A stretch of DNA of 64,000 bases from the NCBI RefSeq assembly GCF_009914755.1, contig NC_060938.1; one strand, given 5' to 3'. The translations under genes and the position numbers were made by a program. The DNA comes from the human T2T-CHM13v2.0 reference genome, Homo sapiens. The notes under the pieces are model-generated. The model saw only the letters and a program-made list of their open reading frames with translations. It did not search any database and was not told where the DNA came from. Shown here in pieces: positions 37,438 through 51,090 of this stretch (position 1 is the first letter of the stretch; each line of letters opens with the position of its first letter).

Positions 37438-37890
37438 TGTCGGCTTCTAGGGCTGCTGTCACAAAGGTCCATGGATTGAATGGCTTAAAACAACAGAAAT
37501 TTACTTTCTCACCGTTCTGGAGGCTAGAAGTCTGAAATCAGAGTGTCCCAGGGCCATGCTGTCTCTGAAGGCCCTTCAGGAGAATGTTCCATGCCACTCC
37601 CTAGTTTCTGGTGGCTGCTGTCAGTCTTCGACGTCCTTGCCTTGTGGCTGCATCACTCCCATCTCCATCTCTGTCTTCACGTGGGCTTCTCCCTGTGTGA
37701 CTCCAAGTATCTGTGTCTCTTCTTTTTCCCTTACAAGGACCTCAGTCATATTGGATTAAGGGCCCACCCTACTCCAGTATGACCACATCTTCATTACATT
37801 TGCAAAAACCCTGTTTCCAATTAAGGTCACATTCACAAGTACCAGATGTTAGGACTCGAACATATCTTTTCGGGTGATGCAATTCAACCC
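37438..37890 (-). mobile_element. MLT1-type MaLR LTR
   Basis: ggcttaaaacaacagaaatttact...ttctggaggctagaagtc motif. Confidence 0.75.
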
Positions 37891-38734
37891 GCAACAAAGA
37901 CGTTTTGAGGAAGAGAGAGTAATCACCCCTGTCAAGACACTGCTGAGAGCTGGGAACGTTGAGGCCCGAGAGGGAGGGCTCTGGATGGGCACCAAGGAGG
38001 TCAGTGGGGACGTTGTAAGTCCAGTTTCTTGGGGACTGGGTTGGGGAGAAGGCTTATGGGTATGGGTTTGAGAGTGCATGAGAGGAGTGGTGGTGTGTCG
38101 TGCCTATACACACATCTTGATGATTCACTCATGTTCTCATGCTTTGCATTAGACCCTCCCACTAACCCTGTGAGGTGGCTGCTCTCATTATCTTACACAT
38201 TTTATAGAGGGGACAAGAAAGCTAGGTAACTGCTCAAGGTCATGCAGCTCTGAGTCTGGGTGCCTAACCACGGTGCCATTCTGCCTTTCCCTGAATGGAC
38301 AGAACTACCACAAGGAGCTTTGCTCTAAGGAGCAAAGCAAAGTGAGGTGGCAGCTGGAGGAAGATGTGGTGTGAAGGGAGGGGCTGTCCTTGTTTTACTG
38401 GTATTGGGAACAATCCCAGAGAGAGGGAGACTTTGATGATGCAGAAGCGAGGGAGGCACTGCTGGAGCATGACTTGGAGTAGGAATAGCAGGTGGGCCCA
38501 GCGCACAGGGCGGCAGGCGCACAAGTGGGGAGGCACACAGGTGGCAGGTGCAGGCACTGCTCATCACAGAAGTGGGAGGGCAAGGGAATGTGGGGGCAGG
38601 GGTGGTGAGTGGCAGGGGTAGACTTGCTGGTGAGAGCAGGGGGACGCTGTCTTCTGGTTGCCTTCATTTTCTTGGTGAATTAGGACCCCGACAGAGGCAA
38701 GAGAGGAGGTGGTGCAGGTTTGAAGATCCAGGGA

Positions 38735-39022
38735 GAAGTTGTGAAATTTGCATAATCTCAGAGAGCGGGGAGTGAAAGGAACAGAAAGACACAGAGATTG
38801 GAGTGATGCAGCCACAGGCCCGGAGCACCAAGGATTGTTGGCAGCCACCAGAAGCTAGAAGGAGGCACAGGAGGACCCTCCCTGAGAGGCTTCAGAGAGA
38901 GCGTGGCCTTGCTGACTCCTGGATTGTGGACTTCCAGCCTCCAGAACTGAGAGAATTGATTTCTGTTGTTTGAAGCCACCCAGGTTGGGGTCCTTGGTTA
39001 CAGCAGCCTAGGAAACTAAGAC
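38735..39022 (+). mobile_element. MLT1-type MaLR LTR, 3' part
   Basis: gacttccagcctccagaactgagag ... gcagcctaggaaactaagaca. Confidence 0.75.
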
Positions 39023-40007
39023 AGAGCTCAGAAATCCCAGGGTGACTGAAGAACTCCCAAAGCTTGTGTTAGAGTCAGAAAACTGGAAAGGGAGGAGTTA
39101 GGGGCCTCTAGGGGGCTGCTCGCTGTAGGGAGGGTACCATTTTGTTATTAACAAGGTCTAGGACAGAATGCTAATAGAACTAATAGAACCTTCTGTTCTC
39201 TGAGCTGTCCATTGTGACAGTCACAGGCTACACGTGGCTCTTGAGCTCTTGAGATGTGACTAGTGCAACTGAGGCACTGAGTTCTAAGTTTTATTTCATT
39301 TTTAATTCACTAAACTTTAAATAGCCACACATAGCTAGTGGTTACAAGTGGGCAGCACAGGCCTAGGGTTTGACTGAGGGAATATGGGGCATAGAGTCCA
39401 AGATCTTTGGAAGCAAGGAAATAAGAACTGAAAGACACGTTTTTGGGAAATGTCATCTGAGTAGGGATTGATATCATCAAGACAGGTCAGGAGTCGTGAC
39501 AGAGAGAAAGGGAGGTCCTGAGCCATGAGCTAAAAGCTTCAAGAAATGGCAGGGAGTGATGGGAGGATTGAGGCTGATTTTTGCACCTTCTGTTACTTGG
39601 CTGAGACCAAGGCGCCTCTTCCTGGGGAGGTGGCTGAGCTCTTTCTAGCAGGCCCTGAAATCTCCAGAACTTTGGTCCCAGCTGCCTAAGCACCCCAGTC
39701 CCTGCCCCCGTGGCAGCCATTGTCAGATGTTCCTGCCAGCCCTGAGAGCTCAACACAACTCAGGAGGCCCAGGCATGCTCTGCCCAGTGCTGCAGGGGGC
39801 CCAGCCACAAGGCTGGGCAGAGGAGACAGGTGACTTCTGATGCGGGGACCTGGGGAGGCTTCCTGCAGAAGGTGCCACGTGCAGAGCCCTGAGGATGGGG
39901 CCTTCACCTCTGACCTATGGCCTAGGATGAGTAGGGGGCTTCAGAAGAGGGAAAGAATAGCAAAGTTGAATTTGAGATGGGGGTATCAGAGAGTACCCAC
40001 TCCCATA

Positions 40008-40047
40008 GGTTTGTGTTTGTTTGTTTGTTGTTGTTGTTGTTGTTTTT
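40008..40047 (+). repeat. (TTTG)n/(TTG)n microsatellite forming the 3' splice region of IFI27L1 exon 3
   Basis: gtttgtgtttgtttgtttgttgttgttgttgttgttttt directly before ctccAG. Confidence 0.9.
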
Positions 40048-40055
40048 GTCTCCAG

Positions 40056-40088
40056 GCAGGGCTGCTGTAGCAGCTGTGGTCGGAGGAG
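40056..40088 (+). CDS. IFI27L1: IFI27L1 33-nt micro-exon 3 (GRAAVAAVVGG)
   Basis: ctccAG acceptor and GAG|GTGAGT donor. Homologous to IFI27 exon 3. Confidence 0.92.
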
Positions 40089-41130
40089 GTGAGTCTCTAT
40101 GGGAAGGAACTCAAGCCCCCATCCCCCGCCTCCCCCCAGCCCTGAGCCTCTGGGAGAAACTGGCTTTGACCAAACCCAGGATTCTCCAAGACATAGCTGG
40201 GTAGCGGTGGAGTGGGCAGAGTGATGGGGACCTTAGAGCAGCAGGAAGCAAAGCAAAGCCATTAAAGGCACAGGGCTTTGGAGGCAGCCAGAGCTGGGGC
40301 TACTCTCAGCTTCCACCAAGTACAAACCATGCAACCCCGGATGAGTCATTGGAGCAGTCACAGCCCGGGATTCCTCCCCGTCTAAAGCAGGGCCCATGGT
40401 ATCCTTGGGGACTTTTGAAGGGAGTATGTCAGCTGAGCTGTGTCTCATTCCTCAAAAGTATTTGACAAATGCTGGTAGCCCATCCACTGAGTCAGAAGCT
40501 TTTGACCTGCTATAAAGCAGTGTCCTCCAATGCAATGGCCAAAACTAAAGAAAATCATAATGTTTCTCTGTCACCTGCACCACATTTCAAGTGCTAAACG
40601 TGGCTACCCTAGTAGACAGTACAGAAAACAAATGTGGCTGTGATTGCAGATGGCTCTCTGACTGCACTGCTCTGGAGATTTTGGGGAGCCCTAGAGGACC
40701 CCCGCGTGCTGCTGCAGGGCCTTCAGGGCCTCCATCCCCTCACCTCTCCAGAAAAGCAGCTCTGATATTGTCTTCTGTCAACCTTTTGCATGGAGAGATC
40801 ATGTTTTCCTTGCCAAAAGGGAAAGTTTGAAGACTGCTGTTTGCTTCAATGTATTTATTTTACATTAGGGGAACAGAGGCCCAGGGAGGGCCAGTGAGCC
40901 CTCAATGGTGTCTGTGAAACAGGCGTAAACAAGCCTGGGATTCAGATTATCCTGGGAGCCGGTCCACTGGCTGCTTTACACGTTGACTGCCCTTGTTTTG
41001 GGATCCCATCCCTGCTCAGTCTTTCCTGAGAGCACAGCAGACCCCTCCTCCTCATCGCCCCAGGAGGATGTCAGGGAAGTCTGGGGGACTCCGTCCCATG
41101 GGGCCAACCCCAAATCTCCACTTCCCGCAG

Positions 41131-41292
41131 TTGTGGCTGTGGGGACTGTGCTCGTGGCGCTCAGTGCCATGGGCTTCACCTCAGTAGGAATCGCCGCATC
41201 CTCCATAGCAGCCAAGATGATGTCTACAGCAGCCATTGCCAACGGGGGCGGAGTTGCTGCTGGCAGTCTGGTGGCTATTCTGCAGTCAGTGG
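41131..41292 (+). CDS. IFI27L1: IFI27L1 exon 4, ISG12/Ifi-6-16 motif
   Basis: cccgcAG acceptor, GTGAGT donor, 162 nt. [55 protein letters not shown]. Confidence 0.95.
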
Positions 41293-41793
41293 GTGAGTGT
41301 TCTGGACAGGATGACCAGAGCCAGGAGATGATCCAGCCCCGAGGCTGAACCAGGGAGGCCTCTCCTCTCCCTGCAGGTCCGTGATCCTCTGCCTCTTGGG
41401 CCCTTTGTCTTTCTGTCACTGTCCCCTCTTCTGGTTGGAGGTGGGACCAGGGGTGCAGCCTAAGAGATCTGCATTCCTGGTGAACCCTACAAAACCCAGG
41501 CAGGTCTCCTCCCCTCTCTGGGCCTTTGGAAGATAAGGAACCTGCCATTTCTCAGAGGGTCTGCCCTGTTGCTGGGATTCCTCACCAGAGTTCTTGCCTC
41601 CTCTTCGGGCAGTGGCCTGCAGCAGCCCCTCCCAGAGCAGAAATCCTAGGGTTTTAGGAAGCAGAGGTGGGGAACAGGGTTGGACTGCCTGGGCCTCAGG
41701 TCTCTGGAGGGACCAGGGTCTCTGGCCTTCAACCCCCTGTTAGGAGCTGCTACCCCTCCCTGTGCCCTGTGCTCACCCTCTCTTCTCCCCCAG

Positions 41794-41885
41794 GGGCAGC
41801 TGGACTCTCTGTGACATCTAAAGTTATCGGGGGCTTTGCTGGGACAGCTCTTGGGGCCTGGCTGGGTTCACCCCCTTCCAGCTGA
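41794..41885 (+). CDS. IFI27L1: IFI27L1 last coding exon
   Basis: ccccAG acceptor; AAGLSVTSKVIGGFAGTALGAWLGSPPSS*. The spliced CDS is 28+33+162+92=315 nt, 104 aa. Confidence 0.94.
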
Positions 41886-42004
41886 ACACCACACTGAGGC
41901 AGGGAGTTGGCTCTCTTGGTGGAGATGACTTTCCTGGGCCTCTGGATGACAATCTTCCAAAGGACAAGTCTCCTACTCCCAAAACTATTTAAGGAAGCAT
42001 GAAA

Positions 42005-42010
42005 AATAAA
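42005..42010 (+). terminator. IFI27L1: IFI27L1 polyadenylation signal
   Basis: AATAAA 120 nt after the stop, followed by GT-rich sequence. Shares AATAAAGATG context with IFI27. Confidence 0.85.
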
Positions 42011-43039
42011 GATGCTGGTTATCTTCTCCTAGTGTCGGTTCTCTGTTCTTGTGGTCAGGATAGGGTACAGCGCTGCTGCAGGACTGCTGGACAGGGAGGG
42101 ACTCAAGAGGAAGCAGCATGGGATGTCTGTGACCGGAGCCAGGTCTGGCCCCAGGCTTTCCACTCATTCTGTGGTCCTGAGCAGGTCATGTCTGCCCTTT
42201 GAGCCTCAGTTTGCTGCACTTCAGATGGGAGAGTCAGCCAGAGTAAGCGTTATAGGATGGCGTGGCTCTTGGGTCATTGCTTGAGCCATTGACCCTCAAT
42301 TACGAAGCCCTTTGTCCTCATGCGTGACTGATCCCTTCCTTTCCCACCCAGGACTCAGGGTGTGACTGATTACTCTAGAAGTTTACTCTAGAAGTTTACT
42401 CTACTGATTACTCTAGAAGTTTAGCAACACTACATTTGCCTGGCCTATGGGCCTTCTCCATACAGGTCGAGAAGTTTCATTCCTCCAGGGAGCTCTGTCC
42501 CTCTCAGCACAGAGCCCAGGCTCCTCAGGCCCCAGGTGGACTGAGCAGAGCCTGTGAGGATGGGCAAGGGGCTGGGGCTCCTGAGAAGTAGGCCAATGCA
42601 GAATACCCATTTCCAGAGACCTCCTGTGTGCCTGGCCCCAGATCAGGTGCCAGCTGTCCTATGCACACTGACCTGGCATCTGCCACACGGCACCTGCCTG
42701 GCCTTGAGGATAAGTAAACCACACTTGACTTCTGCAAGGCCTATTTAGATGTGGCCTCTGACCTCAACGTTAGTCCCACTCTGGGCTGTTTGACCTTCAC
42801 ACTTATTTTTCCTTTACAGCTGCACTCCTGCAGGGCTCTCCCTGGGATGCTGGCTGAGCTGACTCCCACAGCTCCCAAAGGGGCCCCAAGGCTCCATCCC
42901 ACAGGATTGCCCTGGCTACAGAGGATCACAGAGGTCCATCTCTGCCCAGGGTGCACAATGTTGGGGAAGCCAGCCCTTAACCAATGATGTGAAGGGACTT
43001 GGGGTAAATTACAGAAACGACCATATTCTCCGCCCTTTC

Positions 43040-43477
43040 AGCATGGCTGTACAGCTCCTCCCATCAAGAGGTAGGAATTTCTTTCCCCTCCCTTTGAATC
43101 TCCTCTGGCCTGCGGAGTTGCTCTGGCCTGGCCGATAGAACACAGTGGAAGTGATGGCGTGCTAATCTTGAGCCTAGTCCCTAAGAAACCTTGCAGCCTT
43201 CTGCTGTATCTCCCGGACCCCATCACTGCCATGAGAACAAGCCAGGCTGGGCAAGCACACAAAGTCCATTCATTCCAGACAAGACCCCAGACATGGCAGC
43301 GAGCCCAGCCAAGTTCTGCAAAGCTGACCTGCAGCTGACTGCAGATGGATGAGGGGCCCAGCTGAGACCAGAAGAACCACCTGCCTAGATTGCTGACCCA
43401 CAGAATCATGAGCTACATAACTTTTTTAAGCCACTAAATTGTGTGGTCACTTTTTATCCAGCCATGGGTAACTGACA
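43040..43477 (+). mobile_element. MLT1F-like LTR
   Basis: ctgacccacagaatcatgag ... gtaactgaca end. Confidence 0.65.
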
Positions 43478-44619
43478 ACATAAGACAATGTGTAAAATCA
43501 CTGAAGAGGATCAGGCTATATGGCTCGTAGGACAGAAAAGGAAGCGATAGATTCTAATTGCAGCAACCTGGGAAGACTTCCCTGGAGTAAGTGCTGTTTT
43601 ACTTAAGGATTATGGAGTTGTAAGTACTAGAAACTTGATCGCAACTTGCTCAGAGTTCAACGGACTTCATTGCTTTACTAAATGGAAAGCTCCAAAGGTA
43701 AAGTATGCTTCGGACAGGGTTTGATTCAGCAACACAGCACAGATGCCAAAGACCTGTCTTTTCTATTCTTTGTTTCTGAGGCATCAGCTTCATCTTGTGG
43801 CTGCCAGCTCTCGTGGTTACAAGACAGCTGTTAGCAAGCTCTGGAAGCTACCTTCTTTATTCATGTCTCCCAGAAAGAACATTTTTTCATGTACTTTCTC
43901 CTGAAAAGCAAAGAAACATCTTTCCCAAATACCTCTAGTAAATGTTCATGCTACTATCTTAAATGGGGTCATTTACTCATTCCTAAAACCCTTTATTAGG
44001 CCCAAAGGATGGGTGGGATGTGATGACTGGTTTAAGTCCACCTGGACTCACCTTTAGAAAGTGCGAGGAGAGCCCATGCCTCTGATACACTCATAGGTCA
44101 AGGCAGGGGCTCCTATACCTGAAAGAGGAGGTTTCTGTTTCAAAGAAGAGAGGGGGGTAAGAGACAGTGAGTGCCCAAACACAGCGTCCTGTACAGACAG
44201 CTTGGGCGTTGTTCTCAGGGAAGACTGCGCCTCGAAGATCCTTGGAGGAAACCAAAGTGGGCTCCCAGCCAGGTTCGCTGCTTCTGTCTCTGTCTCTGTC
44301 TCGTTATTCTCACCGCTCCAGCCATTAAGGAAGAGCACACCGGACCCGAAGGTAAGTGGACAGTAGGTTACTGTCTTTTTGTTTTTAACTTTACAGTATG
44401 GGATTATATTATTTTCTAATGAAAACCAACATTTTATTGCATTTAAATTACTTAAGAAATCTTGAAGTAGCTTCTACTCTTAAAAATCTAAATTCATATA
44501 GGTAAGTCTAAAGCCCCTTTGGCTCTGATAAGCATCCTTGCCCCTCATTACAGCCCCTACTCCCACCCTCAGAAGTAAAGCACTGCTGCAATTTCATGCG
44601 TTCCTTTCCAAGGACCCCC

Positions 44620-46850
<2,231 letters not shown>

Positions 46851-47159
46851 ATTAGTTCTCCATGCCCTTTTAAAGTTATTTCTGTGGATAGATGATAGAA
46901 GAGATATATAGGTATCTCCATAGAAAATATTTGTATATAGTTCTGTTATATGCATTTTTATTGCTATGGTTTTGTTTAACCTAATACATACTATTCTGAT
47001 GCTGGCTTTTTTTTACATTTTATAAGTCTTTTTCATTATTTTTAATTGCTGCTTAGTATTCTACGGTAATGATCCACCACATTTTATTTTGTCTTTTCCC
47101 TTTTAAAGGTACTTGTGTCGCTGGTTGTTAAAGGAACATTTCCTACTTTGGAGGAATTT

Positions 47160-47640
47160 CTTTTTTTTAATTATACTTTTAAGTTCTAGGGTACATGTGC
47201 ACAACGTGCAGGTTTGTTACATAGGTATACATGTGCTACGTTGGTTTGCTGCACCCATCAACTCGTCATTTACATTAGGTATTTCTCCTAATGCTCTCCC
47301 TCACCCAGCCCCCTTCCCCCAACAGGCCAAGTGTGTGATGTTCCCCTCCCTGTGTCCATGTGTTCTCATTGTTCAACTCCCACTTATGAGTAAGAACATG
47401 TGGTGTTTGATTTTCTGTACTTGTGATATTTTGCTGAGAATGATGGTTTCCAGCTTCATTCATGTCCCTCCAAAGGACATGAACTCATCTTTTTTTATGG
47501 CTGCATAGTATTCCATGGTATATATGTGCCACATTTTCTTTATCCAGTCTATTATTGATGGACATTTGGGTTGGTTCCAAGTCTTTGCTATTGTGAATAG
47601 TGCCGCAATAAACATACGTGTGCACGTGTCTTTATAGTAG
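47160..47640 (-). mobile_element. L1PA 3' end
   Basis: ttatacttttaagttctagggtacatgtgcacaacgtgcagg, a canonical L1PA 3' terminus. Confidence 0.9.
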
Positions 47641-48060
47641 CCATTCTAACAGGCGTGAGATGGTATCTCATTGTGGTCTTGATTTGCATTACTATTTACT
47701 ATTGAAATTGTGTAGAACTGCTGGACAAAAACTGTGTCCATATGCTGGCCGTGTATTGTTCCATCCAGAAGTGATTTGAGCCTCAGCATTAGGGTGACCC
47801 CAACCCAGCCTTTGGTTAGGACATGGAGCCTGATGATGTCACATACATACATTCATACATTCATTGTGCTAATTTGCAAAGTCTCTGGTACTGATGTAGT
47901 AGCTGCACAGGGGCGTGTGGATTTCTGAATATACTGCCTCCCCGGGGGCCCTTCCCAGAGAGAAAGCCAGAGTGGACACCTGCTGGACCCCTGAATAGGA
48001 GTATAGATCGCCATCAGTGTGGCTTAAACTAGTTGAACCAACATATTGATGTCACACTTG

Positions 48061-49124
48061 TGTCAACATAAAAAAAAAAAAAGAGAGAGAGGGAGACAAA
48101 TCTTTAAGTAAAATCGTTTTACTTGGGAATAATACAAAAGAAGTAGGATTGCAATCCCACAACATAAATATGGACCAGGGTGGCCTTTTTGTTTTGGAGA
48201 ACAAAGGAAAAAGCTGGGGATTTTTAGAGAAAGAGGCTGTTATGCAAGTTGTTCTGAAGGAAAGTTCAATGCAATTTGTTTTATGAAAGTTATGCAAGTT
48301 GTTTTGAAAGAAAGTTTAATGGCTGTGATCCCACAGCCGAAAGCTCACACCTGTAATCCCAGCAATTTGGGAGGCTGAGGCAGGAGGATCACCTGACATC
48401 AGGAGTTTGAGACCAGCCGGGCCAACATGGTGAAACCCCATCTCTACTAAAAATACAAAAAATTAGCCGGGCATGGTGGCAGTTGCCTTTAATCCCAGCT
48501 ACTTGGGAGGCTGAGGCAGGAGAATCACTTGAATCACTCCACCGGGAGGTGGAGGTTGCAGTGAGCCGAGATTGCGCCATTGCCCTCCAGCCTGGGCAAC
48601 AAGAGCAAAACTCCATAAAAAAAAAAAAGAAAGGAAAGGGAGGGGAGGGGAGGGGAGGGCAGGGAAGGGCAGGGAAGGGCAGAGAAGGGCAGGGAAGGGC
48701 AAGGGCAAGGGCAAGGGCAAGGGAAAGGAAAGGAAAGGAAAGGAAAGGAAGAAAAAAAGTTTATTGGTGGTGGCAGCATCTTACAAGACCTGGCGAGTTC
48801 TGACCGCCAAGTGTCAGTAGTTGCTAGGTAGGACTGGGAATCTTGGAGTTATGGTCAGGTTCCTGCAGTTTTGGATTGGGTTTGTGAGACACTGTGCCAG
48901 GCAAGTGTTTTTGCATAACTGGCTCGCTCTCCCTGTGCTTCTAGCTGTCCTTGTGTGGCCCATGTGATAAGCTGCAGTTTGGAAACATTTCTTGTGATAG
49001 TTCCTGTTAGCAGGCAAACGGGAGAGCCTCATCTTGCGTGAGAGCCCTCCCATTAAAGCCTTGCTGGCTCTGTCTGCTGAGGTTTTACCCAAGTGACTCC
49101 ATTTTGAATCTTACAACTCGCACA
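48061..49124 (-). mobile_element. MER65-like LTR containing an Alu (~48330-48630) and a purine-rich tail expansion
   Basis: tgtcaac ... gactccattttgaatcttacaactcgcaca termini. The Alu is flanked by aaagtttaatgg / aaagtttattgg. Confidence 0.6.
48630..48752 (+). repeat. GGGAG/GGGCA/GGAAA purine-rich simple repeat
   Basis: Seen directly after the Alu poly-A. Confidence 0.9.
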
Positions 49125-49942
49125 CTACTCATGTGGAAGATTTAAATGTACATTCCAGGACCTGGTGCTTTCTCTTCCGCCTGTTCTCAAAGCAGCTGCA
49201 GGGTGAGCCTGACTGTGTCATTTCTCAGCTTCATCTCCCTTTCCCCAAAAAGGTATAGATGATAATCCCCTGCAATGGCTTCAGGACACAAGATCAAGTC
49301 CTTGCAGTGCTTTTGTGGCCTCACAGGGCCTGGATCCCTGTTAAACTCTGAGTTCACCTCCTGCCTCTCTCCCCTGCCCACCTGCTGAGGCCACACTGGC
49401 CCCCTTGCTGCTCCTGCCACACGGGCTCTGCCACTGCTGTGGCCTCCACCTGGAATGACTGCCCCCCCATAATTCTGCCTAGGTCACTGCTTCACCTCCT
49501 TTTGCTTTAGCGCTTCATCAAATAACATTCTATACATTTAGTTATTTATTATGTTTAGTTTGCCCCCATTGCTGGTAAACTCTGTGAGGATGGATATTTT
49601 GGTCTGTTTTGTTTACAGTCCTGTCCCAGTGCCTAGTCAGTATCTAGCACAGTGGGCCTTCAGTTGAGACTTTTTTTGAAAAACGGAACATCTGCCTATC
49701 GCAAGGACTACTATTATTCTGAAAATCACCTTCTTCATTAGAAAGTAATATTTATCATTTTATTATAGAACTTTGATCTTACTTCTTGTGACTTCATTCT
49801 GCGTAGAGCACACTCCCATCCTTGAATTAAATGACAAAGCATTTTATATTAACTGACAATGACTGATGCCATGGGCAAATCCTATTTCTGTAAATAACTG
49901 AATTTTCTTCTGGACTGCGCATGAGGGGAGAAAGATGTCTGC

Positions 49943-49969
49943 AGTTTCGGTTTCCTGGAAAATGAAACC
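49943..49969 (+). promoter_or_regulatory. IFI27: IFI27 interferon-response module: ISRE + GAS + inverted ISRE/IRF-E
   Basis: AGTTTCGGTTTCC (49943-49955), TTCCTGGAA (49952-49960), GGAAAATGAAACC (49957-49969). TATA-like TTAAAA at 50024-50029. Confidence 0.9.
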
Positions 49970-50050
49970 TATCTCATTTGTTGCCTGTGTCAAGGGGCAG
50001 TGCTTCAGTCGGGGTGGAGCTGCTTAAAAGGCCTGGGATCACACCCTTTG

Positions 50051-50114
50051 GGAACACATCCAAGCTTAAGACGGTGAGGTCAGCTTCACATTCTCAGGAA
50101 CTCTCCTTCTTTGG
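50051..50114 (+). other. IFI27: IFI27 non-coding exon 1 (TSS approximate)
   Basis: Starts ~25 nt after the TATA-like box. Donor TGG|GTAAGA at 50115. Confidence 0.85.
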
Positions 50115-50999
50115 GTAAGACTGGGAGGGTGGGCAGGAGCTACCCTTCCCGTGGCCCCGGACCTTGGGTGGGCTGTGGGCTCAGGGAGCGGAGGGGAGGC
50201 CTTAAGCATCCACTCTCTGCCCGGTGTTTTTGTTCTCATCAGGGAGCCTCAGATGGGAAGGGACTCGAGCCCCACCTGTCCCTGGACTCTGGAATGTAAG
50301 GACAATTAGCTTTGTCCTTGCCCAGGTTTTCCTCAGGCCTTGAGGGCGGCTTGGGGTAAAGTGGGCAAGGGGAAGAGATAAGTGTTAGGAGGAACCAAGT
50401 CGAAGCCATTGCAAGTCCATGCCTGGGCGGGGTGTTGCTTCCCTATGGAAAGCTTCTGACCTGGAGCAAATCACTGAGCCAGATCGCGCTCCCTCATCTG
50501 TAACATGCGGAGGAGGAGGGTCCCATCTTTTTCACGTTAGTGAGGAGATTACATAAGAGCAGGCACCTCGCCTGCTGTATATGCCTTAAAAATGCGATTG
50601 GTTCTGATTTCTTAGTTTTGGTGCTTTTTCAATTGCTCCGTGGAGAGATAAGGGAGTCCCGGAAGTGTCTAAGACATTGGCGCTGGGACTTTCAGGAGAA
50701 AGAAAGCAGCCCCCCTGGGGAAATAAAGTCCCTCAGGGCCCTGACCTAACACAGGTCCTTTGGTAGCCCCAACTCCCCAACATCCCTCCCTCCCTCACCC
50801 CAGGATCCTTTCAAGGCCTGCTGCTCCACAAGCTCAGAGCAGCCTCCCTAGCCCCCTGGAGCCCGTCACATTTTTCAGGACAGTGGGAAGCAAGTCAGGT
50901 TGTGTGCCCATCCCGTCCTCAGAGCTCCATCCCTTCGGCAGGTCTGGCTGAAGTTGAGGATCTCTTACTCTCTAGGCCACGGAATTAACCCGAGCAGGC

Positions 51000-51090
51000 A
51001 TGGAGGCCTCTGCTCTCACCTCATCAGCAGTGACCAGTGTGGCCAAAGTGGTCAGGGTGGCCTCTGGCTCTGCCGTAGTTTTGCCCCTGG
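51000..51090 (+). CDS. IFI27: IFI27 first coding exon (exon 2 begins 50942)
   Basis: GGCATGG Kozak; MEASALTSSAVTSVAKVVRVASGSAVVLPL; donor GTGAGT at 51091. Confidence 0.95.

Noticed and set aside
40976-41548. 190-aa minus-strand ORF (also 55795..56346 + and 54044..54598 -)
   Set aside because: Antisense or out-of-frame overlaps of GC-rich ISG12 exons and introns, with no recognisable domains.
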